Shown one piece after another: positions 44,733 to 51,275 of a stretch of 51,275 nt of DNA (its first letter is position 1; each line of letters begins with the position of its first letter). The stretch spans positions 1 to 51,275 of the IMG/VR virus record IMGVR_UViG_3300010397_000016; one strand, written 5' to 3'. The notes below the pieces were generated by a model. The model did no database searches. It saw only the letters and a program-made list of their open reading frames with translations, and was not told where the DNA came from. Both the position numbers and the translations under genes were made by a program. Source of the stretch: a virus. Taxonomy: Duplodnaviria; Caudoviricetes.

Positions 44733-46382
44733 GTGCAAGGTACACCTGAAATTGTTGATGATCTTCTGAGCAGGTTTGGAAAGCTTCCCGCTACCAAGCT
44801 CAAGAAACTTGCCAAGACCATCAATGATTTCAAGGAGACAATGGCCTTCGTACCTTCCCTTGGACCGCAATACGATGCATGGAAATCAGAAGCAGATATT
44901 CTCCTTTTCGGTGGTTCAGGCGGCGGCGGCAAGACCGCATTAGGCGTAGGGCTGGCGCTTATAGGCCACAAACGCAGCTTGCTCATGCGTCGGCAGGGCA
45001 CCGAACTTCACGGGCTTACGGATGAGGCTATCCGGTTCAATGGCACGAAGGTAGGCTTCAACGGTTCATATCCCCAGAAGCTGCGCACGCGCGATGGCCG
45101 CCTGCTCGAGTTCGGTTCTGCACAATACCCGGATGATGAATTGAAATGGCGTGGTATTCCTCACGATTACCTCTACATCGATGAAGCTGGCGAATGGCTC
45201 GGCGGGATGGTGAGGAACCTTATTGGCTGGGTTCGAAGCAGTGTGGAGGGGCAACGGTGCCGCGTTGTCCTCGGTTCGAACCCGCCAACATCAGCCGATG
45301 GTGAGTGGATGGTGAAGATGTTCGCTCCATGGCTCGATCCGCAGAATGCCCGGCCAGCCGCCCCCGGTGAGTTGCGCTGGTTCGTCATGGACGATGAAAA
45401 CGATATGGAAGTGCCTGGGCCCGGTGAATACACCGCGCAAGGTGTCCTGATAGAAGATCGTGAGGCATATCACAAGGAGCATGGCACCTATGGCCTGCGC
45501 GCTATGTCGCGTACCTTCATCCGCTCCAAGCTTGAGAACAATCCCTTCCTCGCCAATACCGATTACGGTGCCCGCCTAGACATGCTGCCAGAGCCGCTGC
45601 GCTCCGCCGTGCGTGATGGTAACTTCCTCATCTCCCGCCGTGATGCTGACTTCCAGGTTATTCCCACCGATTGGATACGCCAAGCGCAGGCACGCTGGCA
45701 GGACATGCCCCCAGAAGGTGTACCGATGTGCGGCATGGGCGTGGACATTGCGCAGGGCGGCGCCGATAAGACGATCATCGCCACGCGCTATGATGGCTGG
45801 TTCAGCCGGTTCATTGAAGAAGAAGGACACAAGACGCCGACGGGTAACGAGGTTGCCGGCCTAATTGTCGCTAATCGTCGTGACAAAGCCACCATCACCA
45901 TCGACATGGGCGGTGGCTATGGCGGTGCTACTTATCTGCGTCTGAAGGACAACGGGCTCGAGGAGGACGTCGTCGGCTTCAAAGGTGCAGGCGCTACCAC
46001 ACGGCGCTCACAAGACAGCAAGCTGCGCTTCAATAACTGCCGCATCGCTGCTTATTGGAAACTGAGAGAAGCACTTGATCCAGCCCAGCCTGGCGGTTCA
46101 CGCGTGTATCTGCCGCCCGATCCGGAACTGGTCAGCGATCTCACCGCCGTGCGTTTCAAAGAGGATCGCGGTGGTATCGCATGCGCCACCGATAGCACGA
46201 AAGAAATGATAACAAAACGCTTGGGACGCTCTCCGGACAAAGGAGATGCTGTTGTAATGTGCTGGTGGGGTGGTATAAATATCTCGAATATTGAGCATGG
46301 TTGGGGTAAGAATAATAACCACCGCGGCAGTACAAGGCTCAAAGTTAACGTAGGTCACGCCGATAAGAAACGCCGACATTAA
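44733..46382 (+). CDS. terL: Terminase large subunit
   Basis: Walker A GGSGGGGKT; Walker B LYIDEA; GSNPP; nuclease GVDIAQGGAD and SPDKGDA. Confidence 0.95.
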   Translation: MQGTPEIVDDLLSRFGKLPATKLKKLAKTINDFKETMAFVPSLGPQYDAWKSEADILLFGGSGGGGKTALGVGLALIGHKRSLLMRRQGTELHGLTDEAIRFNGTKVGFNGSYPQKLRTRDGRLLEFGSAQYPDDELKWRGIPHDYLYIDEAGEWLGGMVRNLIGWVRSSVEGQRCRVVLGSNPPTSADGEWMVKMFAPWLDPQNARPAAPGELRWFVMDDENDMEVPGPGEYTAQGVLIEDREAYHKEHGTYGLRAMSRTFIRSKLENNPFLANTDYGARLDMLPEPLRSAVRDGNFLISRRDADFQVIPTDWIRQAQARWQDMPPEGVPMCGMGVDIAQGGADKTIIATRYDGWFSRFIEEEGHKTPTGNEVAGLIVANRRDKATITIDMGGGYGGATYLRLKDNGLEEDVVGFKGAGATTRRSQDSKLRFNNCRIAAYWKLREALDPAQPGGSRVYLPPDPELVSDLTAVRFKEDRGGIACATDSTKEMITKRLGRSPDKGDAVVMCWWGGINISNIEHGWGKNNNHRGSTRLKVNVGHADKKRRH

Positions 46383-46394
46383 GAAAGGGACAAT

Positions 46395-46607
46395 ATGACC
46401 AGTCTATTTGATACCAGCGCACCGCCAGTACAGGCTGCTCCGATTATTCCTTCACCGGTAGTGATGCCGACTGAGAACAGCGCCGCTATTCAGGAAGCAA
46501 AGCAGAAGCAGCTGCAGGCGGCCGCCACATCCTCCGGGCGTTCCTCAACCATTCTGAGTATGAACAATAACCAGAATGCCATCGATAAGACGGATACATT
46601 GGGATAG
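46395..46607 (+). CDS. Small head-associated protein preceding the portal
   Basis: Pro-rich N-terminus and GRSSTIL...TLG C-terminus typical of the pre-portal gene in this podovirus type. Confidence 0.6.
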   Translation: MTSLFDTSAPPVQAAPIIPSPVVMPTENSAAIQEAKQKQLQAAATSSGRSSTILSMNNNQNAIDKTDTLG

Positions 46608-46610
46608 GTC

Positions 46611-46913
46611 ATGTATACTAATGCCGTAGATATAGAGCAGAAGTTGAGCATTGAAGCCATCAGTAAGGCAATTTCCGCGCTTGAGAGGAATACGGAAAAC
46701 TATCTTGCTAACGAGCTCGATCACATAAAGGTAAGCGATGCAACGGCACTTCGTCTAAAGAATGCCGCCAAAATGATCGAAACAGCCGAAACAAGGAATA
46801 TGATGGCTATGTTCAATGGCGTTAAGGTGGTTACATCAAAATTCTGTCCCGATAATAAGGCGGTGCTGACGGATAGGCATGGCCACGTTATTGGCATATT
46901 GGAGCTTGAATAA
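46611..46913 (+). CDS. Hypothetical protein
   Basis: 100 aa, TAATG-coupled to the portal gene. Confidence 0.55.
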   Translation: MYTNAVDIEQKLSIEAISKAISALERNTENYLANELDHIKVSDATALRLKNAAKMIETAETRNMMAMFNGVKVVTSKFCPDNKAVLTDRHGHVIGILELE

Positions 46914-48613
46914 TGCAACAGCGCGCCAAGGATTTAATAGAATACGGAGACATGCTATTCTCCAAGCGCATCGCATTGATGAGCCTATGGCAAGAAATTA
47001 GTGACAATTTTTACAGCGAGCGTGCCGATTTCACCGTGCTGCGTTCCCTTGGCCTCGACTTCGCCTCGATCCTTTCCAGCAGCTTCCCGCTCTTATGTCG
47101 ACGTGAGCTCGGCAACCAGGTTAGCCAGATGCTTCGCCCGCGTGACAAGGACTGGTTCGAGGTCAGCATCTTCCGGGAGGACAAGCTGGACAGCGCCGGC
47201 AAGGCATGGCTGCAGGATAAATCAGAAGTCATGCGCCGTGCGATGTATGACCGTATATCGATGTTCCACCGTGCTGTGGCTGAAGCCGATAATGACTTCG
47301 TCACCTTTGGCCAGTCGGTCAAGACTATCGAGCTCGCGCGTGACAAGCAGAGCCTGCTCTATCGTTGCTGGCACTTGCGTGATACTGCATGGGCTGAGAA
47401 TTACAAAGGCGAAGTGGATATCATACATCGCAAGTCAAACCCGATGGTCACCCAGTTCTGCAAGGAATTCCCCAAATACTGTGCCAGCGGCCCGGCGCAG
47501 CAAAAAATAAAGGAACGCCTTGATAAGGATCCGTTCGGCACCATCGAGTACCGCCATATTGTCATGCCGGCAGATGAATACGACTTCAAGAGCAATGAAT
47601 TTTATAAAGGCATTCGTCTGCGCCATCCCTATGTTTCTATCTACATCGACGTAGAGAACCAGGAGGTTATCGGTGAAGCGGGTATCTGGAACAAGCGTTA
47701 TGTCATCCCTCGCTGGCAAACTGTCAGCGGTTCGCAGTATGCATATTCTCCCGCCACCGTATGTGCCCTCCCTGATGCACGTCTTATACAGGCACTTACG
47801 CTTATATTGCTGGAAGCGGGTGAGAAAGCCGTTACGCCGCCCATGGTTACCCCTGGTGGTGTTATACGTTCTGATGTCAATCTTTATGCGGGTGGGATCA
47901 CCACTTATGACGCTGAATATGATGAAAAGACTGGAGAAGTTCTTCGCATCATCCCGCATGATTATAGTGGTCTCCAGTATGGCGCCAAGCTGCAGGCCGA
48001 CGTCAAAGAAATGATCTACAACGCCTTTTATCTGAATAAGATAGGTCTGCCACCCTTGAACAAAGAGATGACCGCATTCGAGGTAGGCCAGCGTGTCAGC
48101 GAATATGTGCGCAATGCTTTGCCGATCTTTGGGCCCATGGAAGCGGAAGAGAATGGTGCCACCTGCGAGATTACCTTCGATCTCCTCCACCGCTCGGGGA
48201 CATTCGGCGGATTTCACGACATGCCGCAGTCGCTGCGTGGCCAGGATATCCAGTTCAAATTCACTTCACCGCTGCATGGTCTTACTGAAATGCAGAAAGT
48301 TCAGCAGTTCGCTCAGGCCAAGGCAATGCTTGCCGAGGCGGCTGCTATGGATCCGAGTGTGGTCAACATGCTCGATGTCAGGAAAGCAATGCGCGATGCT
48401 CTGGAAGGCGGCGGAACGCCGGAAGCATGGATGCGCACCGATACGCAGATGCGTGATATGGATATTGCCATTAAGAAACAGCAGGAAGTGCAGCAGTTGC
48501 TTGACACCATGAACAAAGGCGCTACCGTTGCCAAGACGATAGGTGACGCCAGCCAGTCATTATCAGGTATGCCTGCGCGCACTTCTGCGCAAGCCGTGCC
48601 ACAGCAGATGTGA
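46913..48613 (+). CDS. Portal (head-tail connector, T7 gp8/BPP-1-like)
   Basis: W..I...F; WF; D.VTFG; PRW....G.YAYSP....LPD; I.NAFY...MTAFEV.QR; F.SPL. Confidence 0.92.
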   Translation: MQQRAKDLIEYGDMLFSKRIALMSLWQEISDNFYSERADFTVLRSLGLDFASILSSSFPLLCRRELGNQVSQMLRPRDKDWFEVSIFREDKLDSAGKAWLQDKSEVMRRAMYDRISMFHRAVAEADNDFVTFGQSVKTIELARDKQSLLYRCWHLRDTAWAENYKGEVDIIHRKSNPMVTQFCKEFPKYCASGPAQQKIKERLDKDPFGTIEYRHIVMPADEYDFKSNEFYKGIRLRHPYVSIYIDVENQEVIGEAGIWNKRYVIPRWQTVSGSQYAYSPATVCALPDARLIQALTLILLEAGEKAVTPPMVTPGGVIRSDVNLYAGGITTYDAEYDEKTGEVLRIIPHDYSGLQYGAKLQADVKEMIYNAFYLNKIGLPPLNKEMTAFEVGQRVSEYVRNALPIFGPMEAEENGATCEITFDLLHRSGTFGGFHDMPQSLRGQDIQFKFTSPLHGLTEMQKVQQFAQAKAMLAEAAAMDPSVVNMLDVRKAMRDALEGGGTPEAWMRTDTQMRDMDIAIKKQQEVQQLLDTMNKGATVAKTIGDASQSLSGMPARTSAQAVPQQM

Positions 48614-48619
48614 GGATTT

Positions 48620-48802
48620 ATGCCATCATCGACACTTAAACAGGCAAAATTCATGCGGGCAGTATCCCATAATCCGAAGTTCGCCAAGAAAGTTGGTGTG
48701 TCACAAAGCGTGGGCAAAGATTTCGAGGCAGCGGATAAAAAAGAAGGAAAGTTTCAAGGCCGCAAGAAACGTAATACCATTGTCAGTGTGAAAGGATATT
48801 GA
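48620..48802 (+). CDS. Small basic protein
   Basis: MPSSTLKQAKFMRAVSHNPKFAKKVGVSQSVGKDF..ADK; GAGG RBS. Confidence 0.7.
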   Translation: MPSSTLKQAKFMRAVSHNPKFAKKVGVSQSVGKDFEAADKKEGKFQGRKKRNTIVSVKGY

Positions 48803-48803
48803 T

Positions 48804-48980
48804 ATGAAAGCTCACTGGATAGCCAAAGCAGTAAGCAAAAACAAAGGCAAATTCTCTGCCAAGGCAAAGAAGGCTGGCAAGAGCACTTCAGAATATGCCC
48901 GCGAAAAGTCCGGCGCTGTCGGCACGCTCGGACGCGAAGCACGCCTTGCTGAAACACTTATCAAGATACACCGCAAATGA
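48804..48980 (+). CDS. Small basic protein, 58 aa (not in ORF track)
   Basis: MKAHWIAKAVSKNKGKFSAKAKKAGKSTSEYAREKSGAVGTLGREARLAETLIKIHRK; AAGGA RBS; ATGA-coupled to the next gene. Confidence 0.75.
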   Translation: MKAHWIAKAVSKNKGKFSAKAKKAGKSTSEYAREKSGAVGTLGREARLAETLIKIHRK

Positions 48981-49192
48981 CCGAAAAACCCCCGAGGAAG
49001 CGTAAGCTCAAAGTCATAAGTATCAATAGGCCTGGAAGGTATATATATAATACGTCCCATGGTTCTGTTAGAGTTTATGGCGAGAATGGCGAAAGCCTGA
49101 CAAATGAGCGCATACTATGGCTCCTTGAGGTAGCGAAGCATGAATTCCTTCAGGAGATAGTCAATGGCACCAGCGAAGACAGTAAATCCTAA
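48977..49192 (+). CDS. Hypothetical protein
   Basis: Coupled; ILWLLEVAKHEFL helix. Confidence 0.55.
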   Translation: MTEKPPRKRKLKVISINRPGRYIYNTSHGSVRVYGENGESLTNERILWLLEVAKHEFLQEIVNGTSEDSKS

Positions 49193-49439
49193 AGCACCAG
49201 TTCCAATTCCATCATGGGAGAAACCTGATGCAGCAGCCATGCAGGCGCTCTCCCGCGGTGAAGCAACGCCCGAACAGCAGCGGCGTGCGCTTAACTGGAT
49301 AATACACAAGGCCTGTGCAACTTATGATTTCTGTGATAAGCCAGAAAGTGATCGTCTATCAGCCATATTCGATGGTAGGCGGTTTGCAGGGCTTCAGATA
49401 GTGAAGCTCGTCAATATTAGTATTTCATCAATTAAATAA
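49164..49439 (+). CDS. Bbp19-like conserved head gene between portal and scaffold
   Basis: GEATPEQQRRAL.WI...C.TYD...F.GRRFAGLQI. Confidence 0.7.
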   Translation: MAPAKTVNPKAPVPIPSWEKPDAAAMQALSRGEATPEQQRRALNWIIHKACATYDFCDKPESDRLSAIFDGRRFAGLQIVKLVNISISSIK

Positions 49440-49453
49440 CCGGGGAGAAAGTT

Positions 49454-50584
49454 ATGTTTATAAAAGATTTCATGGGCAACGTGTTCCGTATGGCGGATGA
49501 AGGCGGCAGCGGTGGATCGGGTTCATCTGGTGCAGGCGCCGTCGGTGGCGGTAGCGCAGCGGCCGGCGGCCAGGGTGGCGATGGGCAGGGTGCCAGCGGT
49601 GGCTCTGATGGCGGACAAAGCGGCAGCGGTTCACAACAGGGACAAGGTGGAGATCAGAATGGTGATAAAGGTTCTGCCGGTCAAGGCACCGGCGCTGGCG
49701 ATAAGAAGGAAACTATCCTCGGTGATGCCAAGAAAGGAACAGGCGCAGACGATAAAGCGGCTTCAACTCCTGCGGACTGGCCAGCGGACTGGCGACAGAA
49801 AGGAATAACCGCTGCCGGCGTTGCTGATGCTGATAAGCCCAAGGTGTTGGCTATGCTCGAGCGTCTGGGTTCGCCGGGCGATCTGGTGAAGAAGGTGATC
49901 GAGCAGGAAAAGCTGATTGCTCAGACACGCAAGGGCGGCACGCTGGCGAAGGATGCTACACCGGAACAGGTAGCGCAATACCGCAAGGATAACGGCATAC
50001 CAGATACTGCGGAAGGATATGACCTCACGAACCTGCCCAATGGTATTACCGTAGGTGAGCAGGATAAGCCGATTGTAGCGGCATTGCTCGGCACCATGCA
50101 TACCAATAATATGACGCCGGCGCAGGTGCGCGACCTGATGACGTCATATTATCAGCAGGAAGCACAGTTTCTTCGGGATCGTGAAGAGAAGATTGCCGCT
50201 AACAAAACCGAACAGGAAGATGCTCTGCGCAGGGACTGGGGTGATGAATTCCGCAGCAATGTGAATGTCATCTCTAACCTTTCAAATACCTGGTCACAGG
50301 CCACGCAGGAAGCGCTTGCCGGCGCATTGGATAGCAATGGCTTTCCACTGCTTAACAATAAGGACTTCCTCAAAGATATGGCAGTGATCGCCCGTACCAT
50401 AAATCCCATCGACACGGTACCAAGTTCCGGCGCTGGCAATACCATGAATGGTGTCACCGAACGCATTGCAGAGATCGAGAAAAGGATGGTTGATGATCGT
50501 GACGGCTACTTCAAAGATGAAAAGATGCAGGATGAGTATCGTAAGTTGCTTGACTTCAGGGAAAGAAACACGCAAAAGAAGTAG
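49454..50584 (+). CDS. Capsid scaffolding protein
   Basis: Gly-rich N-terminus; WPADWR; GIPDTAEGY; L.RDWG.EF..N; located before the capsid gene. Confidence 0.8.
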   Translation: MFIKDFMGNVFRMADEGGSGGSGSSGAGAVGGGSAAAGGQGGDGQGASGGSDGGQSGSGSQQGQGGDQNGDKGSAGQGTGAGDKKETILGDAKKGTGADDKAASTPADWPADWRQKGITAAGVADADKPKVLAMLERLGSPGDLVKKVIEQEKLIAQTRKGGTLAKDATPEQVAQYRKDNGIPDTAEGYDLTNLPNGITVGEQDKPIVAALLGTMHTNNMTPAQVRDLMTSYYQQEAQFLRDREEKIAANKTEQEDALRRDWGDEFRSNVNVISNLSNTWSQATQEALAGALDSNGFPLLNNKDFLKDMAVIARTINPIDTVPSSGAGNTMNGVTERIAEIEKRMVDDRDGYFKDEKMQDEYRKLLDFRERNTQKK

Positions 50585-50606
50585 GTTCGTTACAGTACAG
50601 CACCTT

Positions 50607-50641
50607 GGGCGGAAGGCATAAAAACCTTCCGCCTCTTTTTT
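50607..50641 (+). terminator. Rho-independent terminator after the scaffold gene
   Basis: GGGCGGAAGG-N8-CCTTCCGCCT followed by CTTTTTT. Confidence 0.85.
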
Positions 50642-50648
50642 GCCAATT

Positions 50649-50825
50649 TTACCAGCGCTGTTTCTTCTTTCTACCGATGTGAAAACAATGACAATGCGGG
50701 CATTTATAGACACACATCGGGTCAGAGAAGTTTGTTTTTTTCATAGCAATGAAGGCTATTTGTGCGCTCGAATGTTTTTTCTTACTGCCACACTGTAGCC
50801 TTCTGATACGCCGTTTGCTTGCCAT
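50649..50825 (-). CDS. 58-aa basic Zn-finger protein (not in ORF track)
   Basis: MASKRRIRRLQCGSKKKHSS...VYKCPHCHCFHIGRKKKQRW; C...YxCPxCxxFH pattern. Confidence 0.7.
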   Translation of the reverse strand: MASKRRIRRLQCGSKKKHSSAQIAFIAMKKTNFSDPMCVYKCPHCHCFHIGRKKKQRW

Positions 50826-50856
50826 TAATTCGGTGATTTTATTACTCGGTTAGCGT

Positions 50857-50902
50857 ATGATTATAATCCCATATTGACGTTTATCAATAAAAATGAGATT
50901 AT
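50857..50902 (+). promoter_or_regulatory. Capsid promoter with adjacent operator-like site
   Basis: ATGATTATAATCCC (50857-50870) followed by TTGACG-N17-GATTAT with TGn extension. Confidence 0.6.
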
Positions 50903-50908
50903 TAGCGT

Positions 50909-51135
50909 GTTCAGAAGACATGGTCACCCTCGTAAGAGCACCGTAAATCTGAAAGCCAAAAGCGTAAGGCGCTTGCAAAGAGCAAGTCTCGGCTCCCCTC
51001 AAAGGACACCCCGAGCCCTCCAAGCCGGTCACCCCTGAAGCGATGGATGAAGTATTCCATAACTTAGACGGTACCCGCCCGACGGTGCATAGTGCACATG
51101 ATTAGGCTGCCCGTCGGATTAAAGGGGCCACCACA
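50909..51135 (+). ncRNA. Candidate structured 5' leader RNA of the capsid gene
   Basis: About 225 nt without a credible ORF and with several hairpins, including CTC-GTAA-GAG, CTTGC/GCAAG, CTCGG/CCGAG, ATGGA/TCCAT and CCGACGG/CCGTCGG abutting the RBS. Confidence 0.5.
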
Positions 51136-51275
51136 ATGGCAAATAACGCACCACAAATTCAATACCGACAGGAGTATGTGAAGCTGTTCGAGCAGCGTCA
51201 GAGCCTTCTGCGTAAGACCGTTACCACCGAAGCAGTCATAAAAGGTAATCAGGCAGTGTTCCTGGTAGCCGGTTC
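51136..51275 (+). CDS. Major capsid protein, 5' part (continues at window start)
   Basis: AAAGGGG RBS, ATG 51136, open frame to the window end. Confidence 0.9.
   Translation, partial: MANNAPQIQYRQEYVKLFEQRQSLLRKTVTTEAVIKGNQAVFLVAG
51153..51275. repeat. Terminal direct repeat, copy 2
   Basis: Identical to 1-123. Confidence 0.97.

Noticed and set aside
49497-49700. Gly/Ser-rich low-complexity DNA as a repeat element
   Set aside because: It is explained by the disordered N-terminus of the scaffolding protein.
51153-51275. 123-bp terminal repeat as a biological DTR or att site
   Set aside because: It falls in the middle of the capsid gene and has the size of an assembler overlap; it only indicates circularity.
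1-51275. Stop-codon reassignment
   Set aside because: Genes tile densely in the standard code and end in TAA, TAG and TGA.

Overview
The window is an apparently complete, circularly assembled dsDNA phage genome of 51,152 bp; bases 1-123 repeat at 51153-51275 and the break falls inside the major capsid gene. The morphogenesis module is podovirus-type (T7/BPP-1-like): TerS, TerL, portal, scaffold, capsid, tail adaptor and nozzle, three ejection proteins including a 1983-aa polyvalent protein, and two fibre/spike-like proteins. A lysis cassette follows (GH24 lysozyme, candidate holin and spanins, a class-3 lipase). A leftward early operon carries RecE/RecT, an HD alarmone hydrolase, a DHH phosphoesterase, two DNA methyltransferases and many small genes. 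A rightward operon carries Cro-like, GapR-like, RuvC-like, O-like initiator, split primase-helicase and Tad2/DUF2829 genes. I recognised no integrase, CI repressor, DNA polymerase or RNA polymerase. GapR, the Cro type and apparent GANTC avoidance point to an alphaproteobacterial host (inference). The most unusual observations are N-terminal export signals on both fibre/spike proteins, a tRNA-like RNA with a 25-nt expanded anticodon domain, a leader-peptide/pseudoknot element before the initiator gene, a long structured capsid leader, a genome-wide 14-bp palindromic operator and a set of second-messenger-countering genes. All protein calls come from motif recognition by eye; no database searches were run.
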